Source: Eledone cirrhosa
Taxonomy: Eukaryota
Direction of reading: 5' to 3'
Assembly: GCA_964016885.1 (NCBI GenBank)
Contig: OZ024743.1
Coordinates: forward strand, 374,666,001-374,730,000
Length of the DNA: 64,000 nucleotides
Shown: one piece after another, positions 13,321 to 30,300 of the stretch
Numbering within the stretch: the stretch's first letter is position 1
Layout: every line of letters starts with the position of its first letter
Notes under the pieces: generated by a model
What the model was told of the DNA's origin: nothing
What the model saw: the letters and a program-made list of their open reading frames with translations, nothing else
Databases searched by the model: none
Made by a program: the position numbers and the translations under genes

Positions 13321-14679
13321 ATCTCTGTCCACAACAATAGACACTGCTACGTCATAGACAATATACATCACATCTCTGTCCACAACAATAGACACTGCTA
13401 CGTCATAGTCAATTTGCATCACATCTCTGTCCACAACAATAGATACTGCTACGTCATAGTCAACATACATCACATCTCTGTCTACAACAATAGACACTGC
13501 TACGTCATAGACAATATACATCATATCTCTGTCCACAACAATAGACACTGCTATGTCATAGTCAATATACATCACAGCTCTGTCTACAACAATAGACACT
13601 GCTACGTCATAGTCAATTTACATCACATCTCTGTCCACAACAATAGACACTGCTACGTCATATTCAATATACATCACATCTCTGTCTACAACAATAGACA
13701 CTGCTACGTCATAGTCAATATACATCACATCTCTGTCTACAACAATAGACACTGCTACGTCATAGTCAAAACAAAACATCTCTGTCCACAACAATAGACA
13801 CTGCTACGTCATAGTCAATATACATCACATCTCTGTCTGTGTGTCTACAACAATAGACACTGCTATATCATAGTCAATATACATCACATCTCTGTCCACA
13901 ACAATAGACACTGCTACGTAATAGTCAATTTACAGCACATCTCTGTCCACAACAATAGACACTGCTACGTCATAGTCAATATAAATCACATCTCTGTCCA
14001 CAACAATAGACACTGCTACGTCATAGTCAATATACATCACATCTCTGTCCACAACAATAGACACTGCTACCTCATAGTCAATATACATCACATCTCTGTC
14101 CACAACAATAGACACTGCTACGTCATAGTCAATATATCACATCTCTGTCTACAACAATGGACACTGCTACCTCATAGTCAATATACATCACATCTCTGTC
14201 CACAACAATAGACACTGTTACTTCATAGTCAATATACATCACATCTCTGTCCACAACAATAGATACTGCTACGTCATAGTCAATATACATCATATCTCTG
14301 TCCACAACAATAGACACTGCTACGTCATAGTCAATTTACATCACATCTCTGTCCACAACAATAGACACTGCTACGTCATAGTCAATATACATCACATCTC
14401 TGTCTACAACAATAGACACTGCTACGTCATAGTCAATATACATCACATCTCTGTCCACAACAATAGACACTGCTACGTCATAGTCAATATACATCACATC
14501 TCTGACTACAACAATAGACACTGCTACGTCATAGTCAATATACATCACATCTCTGTCCACGACAATAGACACTGCTACGTCATAGTCAATTTACATCACA
14601 TCTCTGTCCACAACAATAGACACTGCTACGTCATAGTCAATATACATCACATCTCTGTCTACAACAATAGACACTGCTA

Positions 14680-17600
14680 CGTCATAGTCAATATACATCA
14701 CATCTCTGTCTACAACAATAGACACTGCTACGTCATAGTCAGTATACATCACATCTCTGTCTACAACAATAGACACTGCTACGTCATAGTCAATTTACAT
14801 CACATCTCTGTCCACAACAATAGACACTGCTACGTCATATTCAATATACATCACATCTTTGTCTACAACAATAGACACTGCTACGTCATAGTCAATTTAC
14901 ATCACATCTCTGTCCACAACAATAGACTCTGCTACGTATAGTCAATATACATCACATCTCTATCTACAACAATAGACACTGCTACATCATAGTCAATATA
15001 CATCACATCTCTGTCTACAACAATAGACACTGCTACGTCATAGTCAGTATACATCACATCTCTGTCTACAACAATAGACACTGCTACTTCATAGTCAATT
15101 TACATCACATCTCTGTCCACAACAATAGACACTGCTACGTCATATTCAATATACATCACATCTCTGTCTACAACAATTGACACTGCTACGTCATAGTCAA
15201 TATACATCACATCTCTGTCTACAACAATAGACACTGCTACCTCATAGTCAACATACATCACATCTCTGTCCACAACAATAGACACTGCTACGTCATAGTC
15301 AATATACATCACATCTCTGTCCATAACAATAGACACTGCTACATCATAGTGAATATACATCACATCTCTGTCCACAACAATAGACACTGCTACGTCATGG
15401 TCAATTTACATCACATCTCTGTCCACAACAATAGACACTGCTACGTCATAGTCAATATACATCACATCTCTGTCTACAACAATAGACACTGCTACGTCAT
15501 TGTCAATATACATCACATCTCTGTCTACAACTATAGACACTGCTACGTCATAGTCAATATACATCACATCTCTGTCTACAACTATAGACACTGCTACGTC
15601 ATAGTCAATTTACATCACATCTCTGTCCACAACAATATACACTGCTACGTCATAGTCAATTTACATCACATCTCTGTCCACAACAATAGACACTGCTACG
15701 TCATAGTCAATATACATCACATCTCTGTCCACAACAATAGACACTGCTACGTCATAGTCAATATACATCACATCTCTGACTATAACAATAGACACTGCTA
15801 CGTCATAGTCAATATACATCACATCTCTGTCTACAACAATAGACACTGCTACGTCATAGTCAGTATACATCACATCTCTGTCTACAACAATAGACACTGC
15901 TACGTCATAGTCAATATACATCACATCTCTGTCCACAACAATAGACACTGCTACGTCATATTCAATATACATCACATCTCTGTCTACAACAATAGACACT
16001 GCTACGTCATAGTCAATTTACATCACATCTCTGTCCACAACAATAGACACTGCTACGTATAGTCAATATACATCACATCTCTATCTACAACAATAGACAC
16101 TGCTACGTCATAGTCAATATACATCACATCTCTGTCTACAACAATAGACACTGCTATATCATAGTCAGTATACATCACATCTCTGTCTACAACAATAGAC
16201 ACTGCTACTTCATAGTCAATATACATCACATCTCTATCTACAACAATAGACACTGCTACGTCATAGTCAATATACATCACAGCTCTGTCTACAACAATAG
16301 ACACTGCTACGTCATAGTCAATTTACATCACATCTCTGTCCACAACAATAGACACTGCTACGTCATATTCAATATACATCACATCTCTGTCTACAACAAT
16401 AGACACTGCTACGTCATAGTCAATATACATCACATCTCTGTCTACAACAATAGACACTGCTACGTCATAGTCAATATACATCACATCTCTGTCCACAACA
16501 ATAGACACTGCTACGTCATAGTCAATATACATCACATCTCTGTCTACAACAATAGACACTGCTACGTCATAGTCAATATACATCACATCTCTGTCCACAA
16601 CAATAGACACTGCTACGACATAGTCAATATACATCACATCTCTGTCTGTGTGTCTACAACAATAGACACTGCTACATCATAGTCAATATACATCACAACT
16701 CTGCCCACAACAATAGACACTGCTACGTAATAGTCAATTTACAGCACATCTCTGTCCACAACAATAGACACTGCTACGTCATAGTCAATATAAATCACAT
16801 CTCTGTCCACAACAATAGACACTGCTACGTCATAGTCAATATAAATCACATCTCTGTCCACAACAATAGACACTGCTACGTCATAGTCAATATACATCAC
16901 ATCTCTGTCCACAACAATAGACACTGCTACGTCATAGTCAATATATCACATCTCTGTCTACACCAATAGACACTGCTACCTCATAGTCAATATACATCAC
17001 ATCTCTGTCCACAACAATAGACACTGTTACTTCATAGTCAATATACATCACATCTCTGTCCACAACAATAGATACTGCTACGTCATAGTGAATATACATC
17101 TCATCTCTGTCTACAAAAATAGACAGTGCTACGTCATAGTCAATATACATCACATCTCTGTCCACAACAATAGACACTGCTACGTCATAGTCAATATACA
17201 TCACATCTCTGTCCACAACAATAGACACTGCTACGTCATAGTCAATATACATCACATCTCTATCCACAACAATATACACTGCTACGTCATAGTTCATTTA
17301 CATCACATCTCTGTCTACAACAATAGACACTGCTACGTCATAGTCAATATTCTTCACATCTCTGTCTTCAACAATAGACACAGCTACGTCATAGTCAATA
17401 TACGTCACATCTCTGTCCACAACAATAGACACTGCTACGTCATAGTCAATATACATCACATCTCTGTCCACAACAATAGACACTGCTACGTCATAGTCAA
17501 TTTGCATCACATCTCTGTCCACAACAATAGATACTGCTACGTCATAGTCAACATACATCACATCTCTGTCTACAACAATAGACACTGCTACGTCATAGTC

Positions 17601-20600
17601 AATATACATCACATCTCTGTCCACAACAATAGACACTGCTGCGTCATAGTCAATATACATCACATCTCTGTCCACAACAATAGACACTGCTACGTCATAG
17701 TCAATATACATCACATCTCTGTCCACAACAATAGACACTGCTACGTCATAGTCAATATACATCACATCTCTGTCCACAACAATAGACACTGCTACGTCAT
17801 AGTCAATTTGCATCACATCTCTGTCCACAACAATAGATACTGCTACGTCATAGTCAACATACATCACATCTCTGTCTACAACAATAGACACTGCTACGTC
17901 ATAGTCAATAAACATCATATCTCTGTCCACAACAATAGACACTGCTACGTCATAGTCAATTTACATCACATCTCTGTCCACAACAATAGACACTGCTACG
18001 TCATAGTCAATATACATCACATCTCTGTCTACAACAATAGACACTGCTACGTCATAGTCAGTATACATCACATCTCTGTCTACAACAATAGACACTGCTA
18101 CGTCATAGTCAATTTACATCACATCTCTGTCCACAACAATAGACACTGCTACGTCATATTCAATATACATCACATCTTTGTCTACAACAATAGACACTGC
18201 TACGTCATAGTCAATTTACATCACATCTCTGTCCACAACAATAGACTCTGCTACGTATAGTCAATATACATCACATCTCTATCTACAACAATAGACACTG
18301 CTACATCATAGTCAATATACATCACATCTCTGTCTACAACAATAGACACTGCTACGTCATAGTCAGTATACATCACATCTCTGTCTACAACAATAGACAC
18401 TGCTACTTCATAGTCAATTTACATCACATCTCTGTCCACAACAATAGACACTGCTACGTCATATTCAATATACATCACATCTCTGTCTACAACAATTGAC
18501 ACTGCTACGTCATAGTCAATATACATCACATCTCTGTCTACAACAATAGACACTGCTACCTCATAGTCAACATACATCACATCTCTGTCCACAACAATAG
18601 ACACTGCTACGTCATAGTCAATATACATCACATCTCTGTCCATAACAATAGACACTGCTACATCATAGTGAATATACATCACATCTCTGTCCACAACAAT
18701 AGACACTGCTACGTCATGGTCAATTTACATCACATCTCTGTCCACAACAATAGACACTGCTACGTCATAGTCAATATACATCACATCTCTGTCTACAACA
18801 ATAGACACTGCTACGTCATTGTCAATATACATCACATCTCTGTCTACAACTATAGACACTGCTACGTCATAGTCAATATACATCACATCTCTGTCTACAA
18901 CTATAGACACTGCTACGTCATAGTCAATTTACATCACATCTCTGTCCACAACAATATACACTGCTACGTCATAGTCAATTTACATCACATCTCTGTCCAC
19001 AACAATAGACACTGCTACGTCATAGTCAATATACATCACATCTCTGTCCACAACAATAGACACTGCTACGTCATAGTCAATATACATCACATCTCTGACT
19101 ATAACAATAGACACTGCTACGTCATAGTCAATATACATCACATCTCTGTCTACAACAATAGACACTGCTACGTCATAGTCAGTATACATCACATCTCTGT
19201 CTACAACAATAGACACTGCTACGTCATAGTCAATATACATCACATCTCTGTCCACAACAATAGACACTGCTACGTCATATTCAATATACATCACATCTCT
19301 GTCTACAACAATAGACACTGCTACGTCATAGTCAATTTACATCACATCTCTGTCCACAACAATAGACACTGCTACGTATAGTCAATATACATCACATCTC
19401 TATCTACAACAATAGACACTGCTACGTCATAGTCAATATACATCACATCTCTGTCTACAACAATAGACACTGCTATATCATAGTCAGTATACATCACATC
19501 TCTGTCTACAACAATAGACACTGCTACTTCATAGTCAATATACATCACATCTCTATCTACAACAATAGACACTGCTACGTCATAGTCAATATACATCACA
19601 GCTCTGTCTACAACAATAGACACTGCTACGTCATAGTCAATTTACATCACATCTCTGTCCACAACAATAGACACTGCTACGTCATATTCAATATACATCA
19701 CATCTCTGTCTACAACAATAGACACTGCTACGTCATAGTCAATATACATCACATCTCTGTCTACAACAATAGACACTGCTACGTCATAGTCAATATACAT
19801 CACATCTCTGTCCACAACAATAGACACTGCTACGTCATAGTCAATATACATCACATCTCTGTCTACAACAATAGACACTGCTACGTCATAGTCAATATAC
19901 ATCACATCTCTGTCCACAACAATAGACACTGCTACGACATAGTCAATATACATCACATCTCTGTCTGTGTGTCTACAACAATAGACACTGCTACATCATA
20001 GTCAATATACATCACAACTCTGCCCACAACAATAGACACTGCTACGTAATAGTCAATTTACAGCACATCTCTGTCCACAACAATAGACACTGCTACGTCA
20101 TAGTCAATATAAATCACATCTCTGTCCACAACAATAGACACTGCTACGTCATAGTCAATATAAATCACATCTCTGTCCACAACAATAGACACTGCTACGT
20201 CATAGTCAATATACATCACATCTCTGTCCACAACAATAGACACTGCTACGTCATAGTCAATATATCACATCTCTGTCTACACCAATAGACACTGCTACCT
20301 CATAGTCAATATACATCACATCTCTGTCCACAACAATAGACACTGTTACTTCATAGTCAATATACATCACATCTCTGTCCACAACAATAGATACTGCTAC
20401 GTCATAGTGAATATACATCTCATCTCTGTCTACAAAAATAGACAGTGCTACGTCATAGTCAATATACATCACATCTCTGTCCACAACAATAGACACTGCT
20501 ACGTCATAGTCAATATACATCACATCTCTGTCCACAACAATAGACACTGCTACGTCATAGTCAATATACATCACATCTCTATCCACAACAATATACACTG

Positions 20601-21370
20601 CTACGTCATAGTTCATTTACATCACATCTCTGTCTACAACAATAGACACTGCTACGTCATAGTCAATATTCTTCACATCTCTGTCTTCAACAATAGACAC
20701 AGCTACGTCATAGTCAATATACGTCACATCTCTGTCCACAACAATAGACACTGCTACGTCATAGTCAATATACATCACATCTCTGTCCACAACAATAGAC
20801 ACTGCTACGTCATAGTCAATTTGCATCACATCTCTGTCCACAACAATAGATACTGCTACGTCATAGTCAACATACATCACATCTCTGTCTACAACAATAG
20901 ACACTGCTACGTCATAGTCAATATACATCACATCTCTGTCCACAACAATAGACACTGCTGCGTCATAGTCAATATACATCACATCTCTGTCCACAACAAT
21001 AGACACTGCTACGTCATAGTCAATATACATCACATCTCTGTCCACAACAATAGACACTGCTACGTCATAGTCAATATACATCACATCTCTGTCCACAACA
21101 ATAGACACTGCTACGTCATAGTCAATTTGCATCACATCTCTGTCCACAACAATAGATACTGCTACGTCATAGTCAACATACATCACATCTCTGTCTACAA
21201 CAATAGACACTGCTACGTCATAGTCAATATACATCATATCTCTGTCCACAACAATAGACACTGCTACGTCATAGTCAATTTACATCACATCTCTGTCCAC
21301 AACAATAGACACTGCTACGTCATAGTCAATATACATCACATCTCTGTCTACAACAATAGACACTGCTACG
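14680..21370. repeat. Tandem duplication with a 3319-bp unit (65 monomers)
   Basis: Constant offset of 3319 for ORF pairs 15100/18419, 15349/18668, 16053/19372, 16938/20257 and 17298/20617. The length equals 65x51 +8 -2 -1 -1. Breakpoints are approximate. Confidence 0.92.
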
Positions 21371-24300
21371 TCATAGTCAATATACATCACATCTCTGTCC
21401 ACAACAATAGACACTGCTACGTCATAGTCAATATACATCACATCTCTGACTACAACAATAGACACTGCTACGTCATAGTCAATATACATCACATCTCTGT
21501 CCACAACAATAGACACTGCTACGTCATAGTCAATTTACATCACATCTCTGTCCACAACAATAGACACTGCTACGTCATAGTCAATATACATCACATCTCT
21601 GTCTACAACAATAGACACTGCTACGTCATAGTCAATATACATCACATCTCTGTCTACAACAATAGACACTGCTACGTCATAGTCAGTATACATCACATCT
21701 CTGTCTACAACGATAGACACTGCTACGTCATAGTCAATTTACATCACATCTCTGTCCACAACAATAGACACTGCTACGTCATATTCAATATACATCACAT
21801 CTCTGTCTACAACAATAGCCACTGCTACGTCATAGTCAATTTACATCACATCTCTGTCCACAACAATAGACACTGCTACGTATAGTCAATATACATCACA
21901 TCTCTATCTACAACAATAGACACTGCTACGTCATAGTCAATATACATCACATCTCTGTCTACAACAATAGACACTGCTACGTCCTAGTCAGTATACATCA
22001 CATCTCTGTCTACAACAATAGACACTGCTACTTCATAGTCAATTTACATCACATCTCTGTCCACAACAATAGACACTGCTACGTCATATTCAATATACAT
22101 CACATCTCTGTCTACAACAATAGACACTGCTACCTCATAGTCAACATACATCACATCTCTGTCCACAACAATAGACACTGCTACGTCAGGGTCAATATAC
22201 ATCACATCTCTGTCCACAACAATAGACACTGCTACGTCATAGTCAATATACATCACATCTCTGTCCACAACAATAGACACTGCTACGTCATAGTCAATAT
22301 ACATCACATCTCTGTCCACAACAATAGACACTGCTACATCATAGTGAATATACATCACATCTCTGTCTTCAACAATAGACACTGCTACGTCATAGTCAAT
22401 ATACATCACATCTCTGTCCATAACAAAAGACACTGCAACGTCATCGTCAATATACATCACATCTCTGTCTAAAACAATAGACACTGCTACGTCATAGTCA
22501 ATATACATCACATCTCTGTCTACAATAGACACTGCTACGTCATAGTCAATATACATCATATCTCTGTCCACAACAATAGACACTGCTACGTCATAGTCAA
22601 TTTACATCACATCTCTGTCCACAACAATAGACACTGCTACGTCATAGACAATATACATCACATCTATGTCCACAACAATAGACACTGCTACGCCATAGTC
22701 AATATACATCACATCTCTGTCTACAATAGACACTGCTACGTCATATTCAATATACATCACATCTTTGTCTACAACAATAGACACTGCTACGTCATAGTCA
22801 ATATACATCACATCTCTGTCTGTGTGTCTGCAACAATAGACACTGCTACGTCATAGTCAATATACATCACATCTATGTCCAGAACAATAGACACTGCTAC
22901 GTCATAGTCAATATACATCACATCTCTGTCCACAACAATAGGCACTGCTACGTCATAGTCAATATACATCAAATCTCTGTCTACAACAATAGACACTGCT
23001 ACCTCATAGTCAATATACATCACATCTCTGTCCACAACAATAGACACTGCTACGTCATAGTCAATATACATCACATCTCTGTCTACAACAATAGACACTG
23101 CTACGTCATAGTCAATATACATCATAACTCTGTCCACAACAATAGACACTGCTACGTCATAGTCAATTTACATCACATCTCTGTCCACAACAATAGACAC
23201 TGCTACGTCATAGTCAATATACATCACATCTCTGTCTACAACAATAGACACTGCTACGTCATAGTAAATATACATCACATCTCTGTCCACAACAATAGAC
23301 ACTGCTACGTCATAGTCAATATACATCACATCTCTGTCTACAACAATAGACACTGCTACATCATAGTCAATATACATCACATCTCTGTCCACAACAATAG
23401 ACACTGCTACGTCATAGTCAATTTACATCATATCTCTGTCCACAACAATAGACACTGCTACGTCATAGTCAATATACATCACATCTCTGTCTACAACAAT
23501 AGACACTGCTACGTCATAGTCAATATACATCACATCTCTGTCTACAACAATAGACACTGCTACGTCATTGTCAATTTACATCACATCTCTGTCCACAACA
23601 ATAGACACTGCTACGTCATATTCAATATACATCACATCTCTGTCTACAACAATAGACACTGCTACGTCATAGTCAATTTACATCACATCTCTGTCCACAA
23701 CAATAGACACTGCTACGTATAGTCAATATACATCACATCTCTGTCTACAGCAATAGACACTGCTACGTCATAGTCAATATACATCACATCTCTGTCTACA
23801 ACAATAGACACTGCTACGTCATAGTCAGTATACATCACATCTCTGTCTACAACAATAGACACTGCTACGTCATAGTCAATTTACATCACATCTCTGTCCA
23901 CAACAATAGACACTGCTACTTCATATTCAATATACATCACATCTCTGTCTACAACAATAGACACTGCTACATCATAGTCAACATACATCACATCTCTGTC
24001 AACAACAATAGACACTGCTACGTCATAGTCAATATACATCACATCTCTGTCTACAACAATAGACACTGCTACGTCATAGTGAATATACATCACATCTCTG
24101 TCCACAACAATAGACACTGCTACGTCATAGTCAATATACATCACATCTCTGTCCACAACAATAGACACTGCTACGTCATAGTCAATATACATCACATCTC
24201 TGTCAACAACAATAGACACTGCTACATCATAGTGAATATACATCACATCTCTGACTACAACAATAGACACTGCTACGTCATAGTCAATATACATCACATC

Positions 24301-27300
24301 TCTGTCCACAACAATAGACACTGCTACGTCATAGTCAATTTACATCACATCTCTGTCCACAACAATAGACACTGCTACGTCATAGTCAATATACATCACA
24401 TCTCTGTCTACAACAAAAGACACTGCTACTTCATAGTCAATATACATCACATCTCTGTCTACAATAGACACTGCTACGTCATAGTCAATATACATCATAT
24501 CTCTGTCCACAAAAATAGACACTGCTACGTCATAGTCAATTTACATCACATCTCTGTCCACAACAATAGACACTGCTACGTCATAGTCAATATACATCCC
24601 ATCTATGTCCACAACAATAGACACTGCTACGTCATAGTCAATATACATCACATCTCTATCTACAACAATAGACACTGCTACGTCATAGTCAATATAAATC
24701 ACATCTCTGTCTACAATAGACACTGCTACGTCATATTCAATATATATCACATCTTTGTCTACAGCAATAGACACTGCTACGTCCTAGTCAATATACATCA
24801 CATCTCTGACTGTGTGTCTACAACAATAGACACGGCTACGTCATAGTCAATATACATTATATCTCTATCCACAACAATAGACACTGCTGCGTCATAGTCA
24901 ATATACATCACATCTCTGTCCACAACAATAGACACTGCTACGTCATAGTCAAATTTCATCACATCTCTCTCCACAACAATAGACACTGCTACGTCATAGT
25001 CAATATACATCACATCTCTGTCCACAACAATAGGCACTGCTACGTCATAGTCAATATACATCACATCTCTGTCCACAACAATAGACACTGCTACGTCATA
25101 GTCAATTTGCATCACATCTCTGTCTACAATAGACACTGCTACGTCATAGTCAATATACATCACATCTCTGTCTACAACAATAGACACTGCTACGTCATAG
25201 TCAATTTACATCACATCTCTGTCCACAACAATAGACACTGCTACGTCATAGTCAATATACATCACATCTTTCTCTACAACAATAGACACTGCTACGTCAT
25301 AGTCAATATACATCACATCTCTGTCCACAACAATAGACACTGCTACGTCATAGTCAATTTACATCACATCTCTGTCCACAACAATAGACACTGCTACGTC
25401 ATATTCAATATACATCACATCTCTGTCTACAACAATAGATACTGCTACGTCATAGTGAATATACATCTCATCTCTGTCTACAAAAATAGACAGTGCTACG
25501 TCATAGTCAATATACATCACATCTCTGTCCACAACAATAGACACTGCTACGTCATAGTCAATATACATCACATCTCTGTCCACAACAATAGACACTGCTA
25601 CGTCATAGTCAATATACATCACATCACTATCCACAACAATATACACTGCTACGTCATAGTTCATTTACATCACATCTCTGTCTACAACAATAGACACTGC
25701 TACGTCATAGTCAATATTCTTCACATCTCTGTCTTCAACAATAGACACTGCTACGTCATAGTCAATATACGTCACATCTCTGTCCACAACAATAGACACT
25801 GCTACGTCATAGTCAATATACATCACATCTCTGTCCACAACAATAGACACTGCTACGTCATAGTCAATTTGCATCACATCTCTGTCCACAACAATAGATA
25901 CTGCTACGTCATAGTCAACATACATCACATCTCTGTCTACAACAATAGACACTGCTACGTCATAGTCAATATACATCACATCTTTGTCCACAACAATAGA
26001 CACTGCTGCGTCATAGTCAATATACATCACATCTCTGTCCACAACAATAGACACTGCTACGTCATAGTCAATATACATCACATCTCTGTCCACAACAATA
26101 GACACTGCTACGTCATAGTCAATATACATCACATCTCTGTCCACAACAATAGACACTGCTACGTCATAGTCAATTTGCATCACATCTCTGTCCACAACAA
26201 TAGATACTGCTACGTCATAGTCAACATACATCACATCTCTGTCTACAACAATAGACACTGCTACGTCATAGTCAATATACATCATATCTCTGTCCACAAC
26301 AATAGACACTGCTACGTCATAGTCAATTTACATCACATCTCTGTCCACAACAATAGACACTGCTACGTCATAGTCAATATACATCACATCTCTGTCTACA
26401 ACAATAGACACTGCTACGTCATAGTCAATATACATCACATCTCTGTCCACAACAATAGACACTGCTACGTCATAGTCAATATACATCACATCTCTGACTA
26501 CAACAATAGACACTGCTACGTCATAGTCAATATACATCACATCTCTGTCCACAACAATAGACACTGCTACGTCATAGTCAATTTACATCACATCTCTGTC
26601 CACAACAATAGACACTGCTACGTCATAGTCAATATACATCACATCTCTGTCTACAACAATAGACACTGCTACGTCATAGTCAATATACATCACATCTCTG
26701 TCTACAACAATAGACACTGCTACGTCATAGTCAGTATACATCACATCTCTGTCTACAACGATAGACACTGCTACGTCATAGTCAATTTACATCACATCTC
26801 TGTCCACAACAATAGACACTGCTACGTCATATTCAATATACATCACATCTCTGTCTACAACAATAGCCACTGCTACGTCATAGTCAATTTACATCACATC
26901 TCTGTCCACAACAATAGACACTGCTACGTATAGTCAATATACATCACATCTCTATCTACAACAATAGACACTGCTACGTCATAGTCAATATACATCACAT
27001 CTCTGTCTACAACAATAGACACTGCTACGTCCTAGTCAGTATACATCACATCTCTGTCTACAACAATAGACACTGCTACTTCATAGTCAATTTACATCAC
27101 ATCTCTGTCCACAACAATAGACACTGCTACGTCATATTCAATATACATCACATCTCTGTCTACAACAATAGACACTGCTACCTCATAGTCAACATACATC
27201 ACATCTCTGTCCACAACAATAGACACTGCTACGTCAGGGTCAATATACATCACATCTCTGTCCACAACAATAGACACTGCTACGTCATAGTCAATATACA

Positions 27301-30300
27301 TCACATCTCTGTCCACAACAATAGACACTGCTACGTCATAGTCAATATACATCACATCTCTGTCCACAACAATAGACACTGCTACATCATAGTGAATATA
27401 CATCACATCTCTGTCTTCAACAATAGACACTGCTACGTCATAGTCAATATACATCACATCTCTGTCCATAACAAAAGACACTGCAACGTCATCGTCAATA
27501 TACATCACATCTCTGTCTAAAACAATAGACACTGCTACGTCATAGTCAATATACATCACATCTCTGTCTACAATAGACACTGCTACGTCATAGTCAATAT
27601 ACATCATATCTCTGTCCACAACAATAGACACTGCTACGTCATAGTCAATTTACATCACATCTCTGTCCACAACAATAGACACTGCTACGTCATAGTCAAT
27701 ATACATCACATCTATGTCCACAACAATAGACACTGCTACGCCATAGTCAATATACATCACATCTCTGTCTACAATAGACACTGCTACGTCATATTCAATA
27801 TACATCACATCTTTGTCTACAACAATAGACACTGCTACGTCATAGTCAATATACATCACATCTCTGTCTGTGTGTCTGCAACAATAGACACTGCTACGTC
27901 ATAGTCAATATACATCACATCTATGTCCACAACAATAGACACTGCTACGTCATAGTCAATATACATCACATCTCTGTCCACAACAATAGGCACTGCTACG
28001 TCATAGTCAATATACATCAAATCTCTGTCTACAACAATAGACACTGCTACCTCATAGTCAATATACATCACATCTCTGTCCACAACAATAGACACTGCTA
28101 CGTCATAGTCAATATACATCACATCTCTGTCTACAACAATAGACACTGCTACGTCATAGTCAATATACATCATAACTCTGTCCACAACAATAGACACTGC
28201 TACGTCATAGTCAATTTACATCACATCTCTGTCCACAACAATAGACACTGCTACGTCATAGTCAATATACATCACATCTCTGTCTACAACAATAGACACT
28301 GCTACGTCATAGTCAATATACATCACATCTCTGTCCACAACAATAGACACTGCTACGTCATAGTCAATATACATCACATCTCTGTCTACAACAATAGACA
28401 CTGCTACATCATAGTCAATATACATCACATCTCTGTCCACAACAATAGACACTGCTACGTCATAGTCAATTTACATCATATCTCTGTCCACAACAATAGA
28501 CACTGCTACGTCATAGTCAATATACATCACATCTCTGTCTACAACAATAGACACTGCTACGTCATAGTCAATATACATCACATCTCTGTCTACAACAATA
28601 GACACTGCTACGTCATTGTCAATTTACATCACATCTCTGTCCACAACAATAGACACTGCTACGTCATATTCAATATACATCACATCTCTGTCTACAACAA
28701 TAGACACTGCTACGTCATAGTCAATTTACATCACATCTCTGTCCACAACAATAGACACTGCTACGTATAGTCAATATACATCACATCTCTGTCTACAGCA
28801 ATAGACACTGCTACGTCATAGTCAATATACATCACATCTCTGTCTACAACAATAGACACTGCTACGTCATAGTCAGTATACATCACATCTCTGTCTACAA
28901 CAATAGACACTGCTACGTCATAGTCAATTTACATCACATCTCTGTCCACAACAATAGACACTGCTACTTCATATTCAATATACATCACATCTCTGTCTAC
29001 AACAATAGACACTGCTACATCATAGTCAACATACATCACATCTCTGTCAACAACAATAGACACTGCTACGTCATAGTCAATATACATCACATCTCTGTCT
29101 ACAACAATAGACACTGCTACGTCATAGTGAATATACATCACATCTCTGTCCACAACAATAGACACTGCTACGTCATAGTCAATATACATCACATCTCTGT
29201 CCACAACAATAGACACTGCTACGTCATAGTCAATATACATCACATCTCTGTCAACAACAATAGACACTGCTACATCATAGTGAATATACATCACATCTCT
29301 GTCTACAACAATAGACACTGCTACGTCATAGTCAATATACATCACATCTCTGTCCACAACAATAGACACTGCTACGTCATAGTCAATTTACATCACATCT
29401 CTGTCCACAACAATAGACACTGCTACGTCATAGTCAATATACATCACATCTCTGTCTACAACAAAAGACACTGCTACTTCATAGTCAATATACATCACAT
29501 CTCTGTCTACAATAGACACTGCTACGTCATAGTCAATATACATCATATCTCTGTCCACAAAAATAGACACTGCTACGTCATAGTCAATTTACATCACATC
29601 TCTGTCCACAACAATAGACACTGCTACGTCATAGTCAATATACATCCCATCTATGTCCACAACAATAGACACTGCTACGTCATAGTCAATATACATCACA
29701 TCTCTATCTACAACAATAGACACTGCTACGTCATAGTCAATATAAATCACATCTCTGTCTACAATAGACACTGCTACGTCATATTCAATATACATCACAT
29801 CTTTGTCTACAGCAATAGACACTGCTACGTCCTAGTCAATATACATCACATCTCTGACTGTGTGTCTACAACAATAGACACGGCTACGTCATAGTCAATA
29901 TACATTATATCTCTATCCACAACAATAGACACTGCTGCGTCATAGTCAATATACATCACATCTCTGTCCACAACAATAGACACTGCTACGTCATAGTCAA
30001 ATTTCATCACATCTCTCTCCACAACAATAGACACTGCTACGTCATAGTCAATATACATCACATCTCTGTCCACAACAATAGGCACTGCTACGTCATAGTC
30101 AATATACATCACATCTCTGTCCACAACAATAGACACTGCTACGTCATAGTCAATTTGCATCACATCTCTGTCTACAATAGACACTGCTACGTCATAGTCA
30201 ATATACATCACATCTCTGTCTACAACAATAGACACTGCTACGTCATAGTCAATTTACATCACATCTCTGTCCACAACAATAGACACTGCTACGTCATAGT

